In this document: positions 1 through 9,120 of the stretch, in pieces | Layout: each line of letters opens with the position of its first letter | How positions within the stretch are numbered: the stretch's first letter is position 1 | Virus record (IMG/VR): IMGVR_UViG_3300015262_000003 | Span: 39,242-103,241 of that record | Source: a virus | Lineage: Duplodnaviria; Heunggongvirae; Uroviricota; Caudoviricetes | Length of the DNA stretch: 64,000 nt | Strand: one strand, 5' to 3' | The notes under the pieces: generated by a model | Databases searched by the model: none | The model's input: only the letters and a program-made list of their open reading frames with translations | What the model was told of the DNA's origin: nothing | Translations under genes and position numbers: made by a program

Positions 1-291
1 TGAAGATGGGGAAAGAATACCATCCCACAGTTCATTAAAGAACTTCTCTTCCCACTCAACTTCACGACCTTTCATGTGTTTAGAAAGTGTCTGTGCAATC
101 TTACGATGACGGCCGAGAACAGCTTGTTCACCTTCATAAGCATACTTCTCTTTGAACATCTGCCAGCCTTGAGTTGAATACCAATCAGGTAGATAACCCT
201 TAGCTTGCAATTCTTTACGTTCTTTACTCAGCTGCTCAAACTTCTGCAACTCTTCTTCTTGCATTTCACCAACATTATCTTCAATCAACAT
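1..291 (-). CDS. nrdA: ribonucleotide reductase large subunit NrdA, N-terminal fragment (continues beyond window start)
   Basis: ATG at 291..289 overlaps the nrdB stop (TAATG). Translation MLIEDNVGEMQEEELQKF...TQGWQMFKEKYAYEGEQAVLGRHRKIAQTL resembles the entry into the class I RNR alpha catalytic domain (no ATP cone). Lies immediately downstream of nrdB. Confidence 0.5.
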   Translation of the reverse strand, partial: MLIEDNVGEMQEEELQKFEQLSKERKELQAKGYLPDWYSTQGWQMFKEKYAYEGEQAVLGRHRKIAQTLSKHMKGREVEWEEKFFNELWDGILSPSS

Positions 292-1298
292 TATACCAAC
301 TCCCTCTGAAAACCTAACTTATGACGTGACCAATTACGTGTGTACTGGAGTTGTGTAGCTGCAAAGAAGTCTGGAACTTTAACAGTAGACAATTGCTGAT
401 AGAACCAACCACTAATCACACCTTGTTTTGGGCGAGAGAACATAGGAGGACGACCAAGACGTTTACGTACAATGTCCAGTCGATCTTCAAGAAACTCAAC
501 ACACTCTTGCTTTTTAACAACACGGTTATGACCAACAGCAAACATCTTTTCAATGATCAACAGTTCATGGTTATAAACATCCATTGTGATTTTATCAATC
601 TTCGCATTCAGAATGTTATCACGACGTGTGCTGTGATTACCCATTTCTTTACGTTCAGACTTACATTGATTGAACAAGTTTGCAGAAGCAATAGAGTGGA
701 AGTTTTCATCTTTCGTACTACCATCAATACCACTAACAAAGTGAGGAATCAGGTTGTATCCACGACTGTTGAAACCTTTGAAGTAACCAAAGATGGAGAA
801 CAGAATTGCACCTTCAAGGAATGCTAGCGCGGCTGTAACTTCCAATGCATCGTTACTACTTGCACACTCAGTAATGAAAGCCATACGTTCAGCAAGGATA
901 GGATCAAGCTTCCATTGAGTATAAAACTCATCAGTTGCTTTACCTAGAATCTCATTACCCAATGCGTAGAATGGAGCGTGACTACCAAGTTCAACGTTGG
1001 AGAAACAAGCACACATCCTTTGAATTTCTGGACGTGGGAACAGTTTAGCAATCTTACCACCCCACAACTCATCACCACCAATCATCAACTCATATTGAGT
1101 GATAACCGATTGAGCAGTGAGAATACCATGTAGTTCACCTTCTGTCAGATTGGTGCGAAAGTCTTGTTCGTCATCTTCAACCCCAAGTTCTTCAGCAGGC
1201 CAGAATAGTGATTGTTGTTGAATAGCCATTTGCGTTGCCCAAGGATAATGAGCTACATAAGAATCAGTTGGTGTTTCAATTTGACTTAGGTGTTTCAA
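291..1298 (-). CDS. nrdB: ribonucleotide reductase small subunit NrdB (class I beta, di-iron/tyrosyl radical)
   Basis: 335 aa; motifs FLEGAILFSIFG, EGELHG, FSNVELGSHAPFYAL are typical of NrdB ferritin-like subunits. Confidence 0.85.
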   Translation of the reverse strand: MKHLSQIETPTDSYVAHYPWATQMAIQQQSLFWPAEELGVEDDEQDFRTNLTEGELHGILTAQSVITQYELMIGGDELWGGKIAKLFPRPEIQRMCACFSNVELGSHAPFYALGNEILGKATDEFYTQWKLDPILAERMAFITECASSNDALEVTAALAFLEGAILFSIFGYFKGFNSRGYNLIPHFVSGIDGSTKDENFHSIASANLFNQCKSERKEMGNHSTRRDNILNAKIDKITMDVYNHELLIIEKMFAVGHNRVVKKQECVEFLEDRLDIVRKRLGRPPMFSRPKQGVISGWFYQQLSTVKVPDFFAATQLQYTRNWSRHKLGFQRELV

Positions 1299-1329
1299 AC
1301 TTTACCTCCGTTAACAATAATTAGTACAT

Positions 1330-1743
1330 TCATTCTTTACACTTAATATCAATATTTGTTACTTGCGATGAAATCTTAGCAGCTTGTACTTCATTCATCT
1401 TACGCTCAGCATTCATTGCCAACAGCATACCTACACGAACAATTTCAGATGGATGATTACGAATGATATCTTCAACTTGCATACCATTATCAATCCACCA
1501 TTTGTCAGTACGTTCTGTGAAGTGAACATATTGACAATGAACAACACGATTACATGTACGAGGACGGTGAGTGAGCATTACAATCTCATAACCATTCTTC
1601 TCAATATCAGCGCCCATGTCATACAGGATTTCTTTCAAAACCTGTTCATCCCAATCTTTCTCATACTCAGACCAACGAGGGTGTTTCATTGTATCCATAA
1701 AGCTCAAATATTGATTGAACTCAAATGCTTCTTGCTTGCTCAT
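1330..1743 (-). CDS. hypothetical protein
   Basis: 137 aa ORF colinear with nrdB and the ThyX-like gene, tight spacing. Confidence 0.5.
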   Translation of the reverse strand: MSKQEAFEFNQYLSFMDTMKHPRWSEYEKDWDEQVLKEILYDMGADIEKNGYEIVMLTHRPRTCNRVVHCQYVHFTERTDKWWIDNGMQVEDIIRNHPSEIVRVGMLLAMNAERKMNEVQAAKISSQVTNIDIKCKE

Positions 1744-1745
1744 AA

Positions 1746-2774
1746 TTATCCCTTCTTAACGTGGTTTGGTACTAATTGACGATGTTGGATGAATCCTTTC
1801 AGATTGCCGCTGCACAACATACCGTCACGATCCATATGTGTAATACCTTCTTGCCAAGTATCAGGACGACCAAACACGTTTACCTTGCCAACTCTGAACG
1901 TCGGTGCATAAGCATTAAAGTTGTCAGGTACTGGATTCATTTGTAGCAATTGCTCTGGCTCAGCAATTGGTGTACCTTGATGTTCCAACGGACTTGCGTG
2001 AACAGGATCATCTGGTTCTTCACCATGTAGATTCAAACGAGCTACAACACCCTTTGCTTTCTCCATTGTGTCATCCAACTTACGGTAGGACACTTGCGCT
2101 GTGCAACTAGCAGAGATAGTCAGAGCATCTTCCAAGGGAATACCGCAACCTTTCAACCAATAACCAACACCCTCACCACCAAAGTATGGAACATGCCAAT
2201 CACCCGGATTCAGGATCACTGGTGTAGACTCAGACAACGCTTTCTTTGCAGCTTTAGCCAGAGCTTCAATAGTTGGATCAGCCATATGGTGATCACGCAA
2301 CCAAAAGAAGTTATTAAACTCTGTACCAGTTACCACTTGTTTCATTCGTTGCGCTACTTCTGTCCAACGGTTACAAACTTGTTTAGCATAACCTGCTTGG
2401 TCGTATGCATCGGAAATATCAGCAACAATATTTGCACCAAGATGCCAGAACTCTTCAGGTGTATATTCACCTTCAATTGTACCGAGAGAGAACTTAATCA
2501 AAGCATCATGTGGACCAGCATCTTGCATACCGCTATTCTTCGCACCGAAACGAACAGGCATTGCAGGGAAGTTTCTCACTTGATTGTTGATTGTTGCTAC
2601 TGGAATGGCGCGGGAGGATGATGCATTCTTATTCAAAGCTTTGTGTGTATTTACTTCAGCGAGAATGATACGAGGGTATTCCCATTCGAAAGTGATCATC
2701 TCTTTACCAGTGACAGAACTCTTACTATGTGCGATTACTTTTGCAGAAACTTGATTAGAAACTTGACTCAACAT
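1746..2774 (-). CDS. ThyX-like (flavin-dependent thymidylate synthase family) protein, divergent
   Basis: 342 aa; signature region NTHKALNKNASSSRA matches the ThyX RHR-x7-S motif but with Thr and Lys replacing the two Arg; unusually long for ThyX; sits in the nucleotide-metabolism module. Confidence 0.5.
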   Translation of the reverse strand: MLSQVSNQVSAKVIAHSKSSVTGKEMITFEWEYPRIILAEVNTHKALNKNASSSRAIPVATINNQVRNFPAMPVRFGAKNSGMQDAGPHDALIKFSLGTIEGEYTPEEFWHLGANIVADISDAYDQAGYAKQVCNRWTEVAQRMKQVVTGTEFNNFFWLRDHHMADPTIEALAKAAKKALSESTPVILNPGDWHVPYFGGEGVGYWLKGCGIPLEDALTISASCTAQVSYRKLDDTMEKAKGVVARLNLHGEEPDDPVHASPLEHQGTPIAEPEQLLQMNPVPDNFNAYAPTFRVGKVNVFGRPDTWQEGITHMDRDGMLCSGNLKGFIQHRQLVPNHVKKG

Positions 2775-2794
2775 ACTCTCCTTAATTCTGTGTT

Positions 2795-2822
2795 GGGATA
2801 AACATTATAACGTGTTTATCCC
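2795..2822. promoter_or_regulatory. perfect 9-bp inverted repeat (GGGATAAAC-N10-GTTTATCCC) immediately upstream of the ThyX-like start
   Basis: seen directly; no U-tract on the minus strand, so not a canonical terminator; possible RNase III/attenuator hairpin or protein site. Confidence 0.4.
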
Positions 2823-2845
2823 ATTATTACAATACCTATTGATAA

Positions 2846-3055
2846 TTAGTTATCGTATTCCAAATTACCACCAAGATGGTAAATGACAACTTCATATGCT
2901 CTTTCTTGAGAGACACCTTGACCACCAGCTAGCTCAATCCAGAAACCTACATCACTCAACACTTTAGCATTGTATAGAGTGTATGTGTAACTAGAACAAC
3001 AGTCACAACCCGGATTCTCATATTCTTCATAGCTTTCAATCGAGTAACGATTCAT
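2846..3055 (-). CDS. hypothetical protein
   Basis: 69 aa ORF, TAATG-type junction with downstream gene. Confidence 0.45.
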   Translation of the reverse strand: MNRYSIESYEEYENPGCDCCSSYTYTLYNAKVLSDVGFWIELAGGQGVSQERAYEVVIYHLGGNLEYDN

Positions 3056-3843
3056 TAAACAATCTTCCCTGTAAGAATCAACTCAAGTTCAGCAAGAATG
3101 TTGAACGCCTGATGTGCAAGGTGATGATAATTAGATTCATGATCAACACGAAGTGGTGCAGGAACTCCAGCCATCTTTTGACTATTAGCATCACGACGAT
3201 GACGACTACCAGCACCTTTCAAACTATTTTCAGGGTCTGGTAGGTTATGCCAATCATGGTCCTTATACCCTTTAACACGTTGTGCCCATGTTAACACTTT
3301 AGCAATTTCCAAGATTGCATTAGGAAAACCATCATCAAACAACTCCATACGGATCTTATCCGCTTTACGAGTTTCAAGGATTGGACGTGCAATACCAAGT
3401 TCACTTTGAGAAATACACTCATTGATTTCATGTATCAATTTGGCTCTAGAAGAAGTTTCATCAGTGATTGCTGCTGTAATAATAGTTGCATCTCCAATCA
3501 TTGCATCATTGATAAAAACTTCCTCATTGTCAACAAGGAATGGTTTAGTTTTAGAAAGTTTCCAACCTGATTCATCGTCAGCGAAATCATGAGATTCAAT
3601 TGATTCACTGTAAACCAATTCAAAGTCTTTAGGATATTCAGTCGGACCATCAAGAGTAATCAATGGTTCATACCTACTTACGACAAAAGATTTATCATCA
3701 TGATCCTCGACAATAGTCAACACTGTGTCAGATGAGTATTTATGTTCATCTCGAAACCATGAGTGTTTACCACCCACCACTTTAACTTTATCACCAACTT
3801 TAAACGTCATATTCTCTCCTTTAAATTCCTGTCTTCTTAGCAA
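3055..3843 (-). CDS. hypothetical protein (N-terminal KOW-like segment; C-terminal helical domain of unknown function)
   Basis: 262 aa colinear ORF; no confident family assignment from sequence alone. Confidence 0.5.
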   Translation of the reverse strand: MLRRQEFKGENMTFKVGDKVKVVGGKHSWFRDEHKYSSDTVLTIVEDHDDKSFVVSRYEPLITLDGPTEYPKDFELVYSESIESHDFADDESGWKLSKTKPFLVDNEEVFINDAMIGDATIITAAITDETSSRAKLIHEINECISQSELGIARPILETRKADKIRMELFDDGFPNAILEIAKVLTWAQRVKGYKDHDWHNLPDPENSLKGAGSRHRRDANSQKMAGVPAPLRVDHESNYHHLAHQAFNILAELELILTGKIV

Positions 3844-4036
3844 TCCACATACCTAACTTACTGTGCTGTGATATGCCTGTTTCCCCGGTAAATAACCACA
3901 AGAAAGGCGTGCAAATCATCCAGCAAGGCATGAGCCAGAGTAAATGCAAACGACTTGTTATTGTGTTGTTTTTAGCGTAAGGATCAGCATCATGATAGAC
4001 ACGATATTCACCATCCTCATCAAACAACACATCCAA
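3821..4036 (-). CDS. hypothetical small membrane-like protein
   Basis: 71 aa ORF overlapping the downstream gene by 23 nt; hydrophobic stretch. Confidence 0.3.
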   Translation of the reverse strand: MDVLFDEDGEYRVYHDADPYAKNNTITSRLHLLWLMPCWMICTPFLWLFTGETGISQHSKLGMWIAKKTGI

Positions 4037-4121
4037 CGCACCACTTACCGAAACACTTTACGATCAATCAAATCACGTTCAAGTTGCATCCGATAAGTTT
4101 CATGTACACGATTGTGTATAC

Positions 4122-4721
4122 TCAAGCTTTCTTACCACCTTCAGCCAAACGATGCTCCATTTTATGGTCTGGACGAATTGCGTTATATACAAGCTTCTCT
4201 TGAATTGCACCAGCAAGATCGTAGTTCTCATGACCACACAAGTCCAGAATACGAATAACAGCATCTGCTAGTTCAACTTCAGCCATCTTACGATGAGGAA
4301 GTTTATCGTCCATCAAGTTCTTACGAACACCTTCACATGCTTCGCTTACTTCGCTATGAACGAGACAAAGTTTAGACAACACTTCAGTGATATTGCCTTT
4401 TGGTTTTAGATCACCAGTTTCAAGGTTAGTCCACCATCCAGCTTTAACATTACCAGCGTAAACTTCATCTTGCAGGGTTGCGATTGCTTCGTAAATATTG
4501 CTCATTTGTTTCTCCTGTTTAATTTCTTCTACATAATCATTCCAACCAATAAAGTCAGTTGGATAACCAATTTTATCAACCCTAAATACTGGACTGTACT
4601 TCTCACCAGTTGATAAGTTACCGATAAGCCAATCAATATTACCTTCTTCGTAAAACAACTGCCAAGTATCTACATCATCTAAGTCTTCTTCATTGTTGAC
4701 AAATCCGATAACTTCAGTCAT
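4122..4721 (-). CDS. MazG-like nucleoside triphosphate pyrophosphohydrolase domain protein
   Basis: C-terminal half has LxLVHSEVSEAxE and ELADAVIRILDL motifs typical of MazG/HisE all-alpha NTP-PPases; start moved to the internal ATG (MTEVIG) to remove overlap with the upstream gene. Confidence 0.5.
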   Translation of the reverse strand: MTEVIGFVNNEEDLDDVDTWQLFYEEGNIDWLIGNLSTGEKYSPVFRVDKIGYPTDFIGWNDYVEEIKQEKQMSNIYEAIATLQDEVYAGNVKAGWWTNLETGDLKPKGNITEVLSKLCLVHSEVSEACEGVRKNLMDDKLPHRKMAEVELADAVIRILDLCGHENYDLAGAIQEKLVYNAIRPDHKMEHRLAEGGKKA

Positions 4722-5091
4722 CACTTTCTTCCTCAGTTGGTTTAAAATAATCATCAAGGAATTCATTTACTCGACGGAAGTATTGGTCACTCTCAACTAG
4801 GAACTCTGCCCATACACGAACGTTCTTCAGGTATGTTTCTTCACACCACGCATTGTCACCATATTCATAAGAGTTGAAGAATTCAAACTTATCCTCCTGA
4901 TCAACATACTCACCACGTTCATTCTTATTGATGATATTGTTTGCCCATTCAGTGTGACCTTTACCAAGCAACCAATAAGCCCAACTTCCAAATGCCCAAT
5001 TATCCATAAAGTAATCAGTGAAAGACTCACCAGCTTCCATTTCAAAGCCGCGAATAGCGGCAATCATCGCATCAACATTACGTTCAATCAT
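4714..5091 (-). CDS. hypothetical protein
   Basis: 125 aa acidic ORF colinear. Confidence 0.45.
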   Translation of the reverse strand: MIERNVDAMIAAIRGFEMEAGESFTDYFMDNWAFGSWAYWLLGKGHTEWANNIINKNERGEYVDQEDKFEFFNSYEYGDNAWCEETYLKNVRVWAEFLVESDQYFRRVNEFLDDYFKPTEEESDD

Positions 5092-5320
5092 TCAAGATTG
5101 CCTCAAGTTTACCAATGATATCTTCTGTTGTAGCTGTTTGACCAGTGGAATAACCAAGTTCAATATTGTCATCAAAGTGATTGTTGTGCCATTCGCTGAT
5201 GTCACCTTCGTTCAAGCTACCAATGTAAGTGAGGTAGAACTCATCTTCGAAGTCATGAGCTTTCTTCAGTTCTGCAATTAGAGCTAGAATCTTATCTTTC
5301 ATGTTATCTCTCCTTAACAA
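5084..5320 (-). CDS. hypothetical protein
   Basis: 78 aa ORF colinear, overlapping junctions. Confidence 0.45.
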   Translation of the reverse strand: MLRRDNMKDKILALIAELKKAHDFEDEFYLTYIGSLNEGDISEWHNNHFDDNIELGYSTGQTATTEDIIGKLEAILND

Positions 5321-5544
5321 GTGATCATGCCGGGGTTAAATGGTTGTGTAAATGTACTATCCACGATACTTGGACTTTTGACTAAGGATGGAAGTTGGTA
5401 AGTTGGTGTAACTTTATTAAACACCAACTTCAAATGATCCTCAATAACCTTTACAGTGTCAGGACTAAACCCTTCACGATGATCAATTGTTTTCTTCAGT
5501 TCAAAGAAACCTTGAAGCCAATAACAGAAGTTAAGTTCATTCAT
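5314..5544 (-). CDS. hypothetical protein
   Basis: 76 aa ORF colinear. Confidence 0.45.
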   Translation of the reverse strand: MNELNFCYWLQGFFELKKTIDHREGFSPDTVKVIEDHLKLVFNKVTPTYQLPSLVKSPSIVDSTFTQPFNPGMITC

Positions 5545-5555
5545 AATTCACCCCA

Positions 5556-6506
5556 TTATACAATGTTAGTTAGAAGTTGCTGACGTTTCTCTTTCGACAA
5601 CTCATTTACACGAGAGCGACGTTGAACACCAGTCGCTTTATTACGATAGCGTTTGTACTTACCAACGTTGCTGTATACATAACCATCATGTTCCCAATCA
5701 GACATATCCAGAAGTTCATCAACATAGATATCAAAGTTTGGAAGCTTACTATCCCAAGAGGACAATACATTGTACAAAGCTTCAGTACCATGAACGTCAT
5801 CAATGTTATACGACTTCATCTCTGCCCATGCTTCAGGATTACCTTTCAAGCACTCTGCCCACAGCTCATGACCGGGGAATGACTTATGCTTACTCTTCTT
5901 ATGTTCTGGACACAGACGATCAGTCATGTATTCAAGCTTATTAGAAGTGAAACCAAATTGCTGTTTCGCTTGAATCATGGTGTCGATTTGACGATATGTA
6001 CTTGGTTTAGGAAAACCATTCAATACAAAGCGGGCATTCACTTTCTTAGTGTCAAACTTCTGGATGTTCTGACCAATAACAAAGTCAGCTTCATTCAGCA
6101 AGTCCCACAACTTAGACAGTAAATATGTATCATCTTCCATTGGAACTACATCTTTCTGATCCCAATAGAATACTTCATCTTCACCAAGCCATTTAGCAGC
6201 GACAGACATGATATACCAATCGGAATCAATTTGATTCAGACCAACGTTATTATCCCACAACTTCCAAACATGAGCAAGGATGGGCGCTGTTTCAATGTCG
6301 TAGATCAGAATACGTGGACCTTTAGGAATGTACACACCTTCTTGTACTTCAAGATCTTTCCATTTGTAGAACGATCCATCTAGTTTAGCAAGAAGATCAT
6401 TTACGGAAGTTTTACCTTTACCCAATGTCTTACCAATATACCGACTACTGTAACCAAGACTATTCAGTTGAATAGCTCGTTGATGCCATTGCTTCAGGGG
6501 TTTCAT
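5556..6506 (-). CDS. DEDD-family (DnaQ-like) 3'-5' exonuclease with N-terminal HTH
   Basis: Exo I ILIYDIETAP, Exo II IGQNIQKFD, Exo III YNIDDVHGT; the N-terminus has an HTH-like segment; the ORF-track start is TTG, so the start was moved to the internal ATG (MKPLKQW). Confidence 0.6.
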   Translation of the reverse strand: MKPLKQWHQRAIQLNSLGYSSRYIGKTLGKGKTSVNDLLAKLDGSFYKWKDLEVQEGVYIPKGPRILIYDIETAPILAHVWKLWDNNVGLNQIDSDWYIMSVAAKWLGEDEVFYWDQKDVVPMEDDTYLLSKLWDLLNEADFVIGQNIQKFDTKKVNARFVLNGFPKPSTYRQIDTMIQAKQQFGFTSNKLEYMTDRLCPEHKKSKHKSFPGHELWAECLKGNPEAWAEMKSYNIDDVHGTEALYNVLSSWDSKLPNFDIYVDELLDMSDWEHDGYVYSNVGKYKRYRNKATGVQRRSRVNELSKEKRQQLLTNIV

Positions 6507-6543
6507 AGTTACAGATTTCAAATTGCAATTTCTCCTTTGTTGT

Positions 6544-6864
6544 TTAAATATTACCTTTTGTCTTCTCACCAATATACAAATCAAAGATCATCTTCATTGA
6601 CTGAGCAAGACTGAGAAATGTTTCATGCTTCTCGTGTGGACTCATTGAATAAAGAGCACCAAGTGTATTATCTAACGTGGTATGGAGATAACTTCGCTCC
6701 ACAGCAAGATTACTAACACCACCTGTAAAACAATTTGCGACATAAACATCCTCTGCTTTACGCTGACCAAATACTTTAGTCAGGCGTTCATCAACTTTCT
6801 TTGGGATTCCTTTCGGATAGATTGGAAATACATTTGATTGTCTAATCACCGTAAGCTCATTCAT
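6544..6864 (-). CDS. hypothetical protein
   Basis: 106 aa ORF. Confidence 0.45.
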   Translation of the reverse strand: MNELTVIRQSNVFPIYPKGIPKKVDERLTKVFGQRKAEDVYVANCFTGGVSNLAVERSYLHTTLDNTLGALYSMSPHEKHETFLSLAQSMKMIFDLYIGEKTKGNI

Positions 6865-7067
6865 GCAACCACCTCATATTCAATTTCACCAATTGCTTCA
6901 TGACTGGTGTACTGAAACTTACGAGTGAGCTTTCGAGAATAAGGAAAACCTTTATCAGACACTGCACCGATGAATGTTTCAACATGAACCAACACATCAC
7001 CTTGTCGGAACAATACACATGCAACACCATTCAAACTTTGAAGTTTAATCTTCATCACATCACCCAA
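6861..7067 (-). CDS. hypothetical small protein, paralog family (C-terminal GExEYEVV motif), copy 1
   Basis: 68 aa; ends IGEIEYEVVA; similar to the two following genes. Confidence 0.45.
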   Translation of the reverse strand: MGDVMKIKLQSLNGVACVLFRQGDVLVHVETFIGAVSDKGFPYSRKLTRKFQYTSHEAIGEIEYEVVA

Positions 7068-7134
7068 TTAAATACGATAAATGTTTGAACAAACTGACAC
7101 GCAATGTTTGTGTAGTAATATTTATAGAAACTTG

Positions 7135-7326
7135 TCATTCGGTGACTACCTCAAATTCACCTTCATAAAGCTCATTCTCATCACCATCGTCATCTTTGTC
7201 GATTGTAACCACAAGCTTATTACTTCCGGGAAATTTATAAGTGTCTACAACTTGGTAAATATTACCAACCGTAAGACCAAGAGTTGATTCACCGTCATTA
7301 AACTTTACAAGCTTTACAGATTTCAT
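7135..7326 (-). CDS. hypothetical small protein, paralog family copy 2
   Basis: 63 aa; ends LYEGEFEVVTE. Confidence 0.45.
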   Translation of the reverse strand: MKSVKLVKFNDGESTLGLTVGNIYQVVDTYKFPGSNKLVVTIDKDDDGDENELYEGEFEVVTE

Positions 7327-7499
7327 TCAATCACCTCATATTCACCTTCAAGAAGAATGTATTCATCACCGATATCATCAATGATCCAAACCTCATGATC
7401 TTCAGGATTTTTGTTAAATGAAGGTGCTGGAATAGTTTCATACACTTCACCAACAGTTGTATCATGTGCAGCGTCTGTAATCACTTTAACTTTCATCAT
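7323..7499 (-). CDS. hypothetical small protein, paralog family copy 3 (not in ORF track, 58 aa)
   Basis: manual translation MMKVKVITDAAHDTTVGEVYETIPAPSFNKNPEDHEVWIIDDIGDEYILLEGEYEVIE; ATGA overlap with copy 2. Confidence 0.4.
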   Translation of the reverse strand: MMKVKVITDAAHDTTVGEVYETIPAPSFNKNPEDHEVWIIDDIGDEYILLEGEYEVIE

Positions 7500-8054
7500 T
7501 TACTCCTTCATAAAATGGTCAACTAATTGTTCACGACGCTTCTCTTTCGTCTTGGCTGCATTGTACCCATGCTCGGTAAGGAAAGCAACCACATTTTTCA
7601 CAGATTCTTTATTCATTTCAATAGCTTGCTTGATTGCTTTAGCTTCTTGAATCGACAACCCATAGCGTTCGGCGTGAGTTTTGATCTTATGGCATGGTTT
7701 ACACAGAAGCGCAAGGTCTTCTTTCCTTACAAATACAACACCTTCGACAAACTTCTGAATATCTCCGACCTTCTTCAGTGAATGTTCGCCCGCTTTATGA
7801 TCGACTTCACAGTTACCACCTGCAAATGTATTCAGGCATTGTTCACACTTGAATCCCCAAACCGTTGGATGTGCTTTCATACTCCGAGGGTTAGTGTTCA
7901 CCATCTTAACACGATTATCTTTCATGAACTGAAGTTTTACAGGATTCTTTGACCAAAGGTGTCGCCTGATTCCACCACGAATGAATGACAAGAAAGCTGA
8001 TTCTGTCTTCCAGAATTCAGGATACTCTTCCCACATCTTTACAACTTCACTCAT
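7500..8054 (-). CDS. HNH homing endonuclease
   Basis: 184 aa; EVDHKAGEHS ... CKPCHKIKTH HNH motif with zinc ligands. Confidence 0.7.
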   Translation of the reverse strand: MSEVVKMWEEYPEFWKTESAFLSFIRGGIRRHLWSKNPVKLQFMKDNRVKMVNTNPRSMKAHPTVWGFKCEQCLNTFAGGNCEVDHKAGEHSLKKVGDIQKFVEGVVFVRKEDLALLCKPCHKIKTHAERYGLSIQEAKAIKQAIEMNKESVKNVVAFLTEHGYNAAKTKEKRREQLVDHFMKE

Positions 8055-8386
8055 GTGAAATCAACACTAGAAATAAGACGCTTCATTGATTCCACCAACC
8101 CACCATCGATTCCGAAGTTTTCCATTCTATCAACTGCATCTTCCAGAAGAACAACAGCTTCAGCTAATTGAAATTGAACATTGTCGTAACCGTCCCGAAC
8201 AACCAACTGTTTCAGAACATAGACATCTTGGTCTTTAAACTTATGACGTTCCTCATTCTTCCAAGCTCGATTGAAGTGATTGTTATAACTCAGAGCGGCA
8301 CCACCTTTACTGTGGAAGCATTGACCCCAACGTTCACCTGTCTCTTTGTGGATAATCACGTAACCGTGAGTGCGATGATCACTCAT
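8051..8386 (-). CDS. hypothetical protein, tandem paralog A
   Basis: start moved to the internal ATG (MSDHRTHGYVIIHKETGERW) to resolve overlap; shares the GYV(I/V)xxKETxER core with the next gene. Confidence 0.4.
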   Translation of the reverse strand: MSDHRTHGYVIIHKETGERWGQCFHSKGGAALSYNNHFNRAWKNEERHKFKDQDVYVLKQLVVRDGYDNVQFQLAEAVVLLEDAVDRMENFGIDGGLVESMKRLISSVDFT

Positions 8387-8612
8387 AGTGTGCCACCAGT
8401 GGGAACACAGCGAACTCATTCTGATCTTTAAACTTAACTTCATGTAAATGATTAAGTTTCTCATTGTAGGTGATACCCCAACCAGATGTTACACGATTGA
8501 AACCACCAATTGCTGCTGCTTTGGAATCATAACTACCACGATTAGTTGGAAATCTTTCTTTAGTTTCCTTGTTCAACACGACATAACCAAAAATCTGCTT
8601 ACTACTACTCAT
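8379..8612 (-). CDS. hypothetical protein, tandem paralog B
   Basis: 77 aa; FGYVVLNKETKERF core. Confidence 0.45.
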   Translation of the reverse strand: MSSSKQIFGYVVLNKETKERFPTNRGSYDSKAAAIGGFNRVTSGWGITYNEKLNHLHEVKFKDQNEFAVFPLVAHYE

Positions 8613-8893
8613 TCATAATCCTCCGGGTCAATTTGTTTATCAAGTGCAAAGAATGCTTGGTATTCACCACCACAACCATCATCCAGAGTTACGATTGCGT
8701 AGTCAACACGTTCAAAGTAATTAGTGGCACGATCAGAAGAATAACCACCACCAGTCCAAGTGTCAGGGTCTGGACCATCACCATTTGCACTGTAATGAAG
8801 ATTGTCTTCATACTTATACCAATAAGCTTCTGTACAATCTTGTGGTGTATTAATCTCAGTGCTGAACAAGTCAACCAATTCAAAGTAATTCAT
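8609..8893 (-). CDS. hypothetical protein
   Basis: 94 aa acidic ORF. Confidence 0.45.
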   Translation of the reverse strand: MNYFELVDLFSTEINTPQDCTEAYWYKYEDNLHYSANGDGPDPDTWTGGGYSSDRATNYFERVDYAIVTLDDGCGGEYQAFFALDKQIDPEDYE

Positions 8894-9120
8894 TATCTTT
8901 CTCCTATATGTAGTTTACCACCAAGACCTCTACATTCGTCACATTGATCTTTGTAGAAGTCAACTTCATCACGAGTCGGGTCAGGACCATTTACGATGGC
9001 ACCGTTATCACCATCAACCCAAATCCAACCTTTACCACCACACTCAAGACAAGGAAAGAATCTAAACTTCCCCTGAATCAAGTCACGCAATTCATCAACT
9101 TCAAACTCCCAATAACTCAA
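8893..9120 (-). CDS. DnaJ-type zinc-finger-like small protein
   Basis: 75 aa; two CxxCxGxG repeats (CLECGGKG, CDECRGLG). Confidence 0.45.
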   Translation of the reverse strand: MSYWEFEVDELRDLIQGKFRFFPCLECGGKGWIWVDGDNGAIVNGPDPTRDEVDFYKDQCDECRGLGGKLHIGER

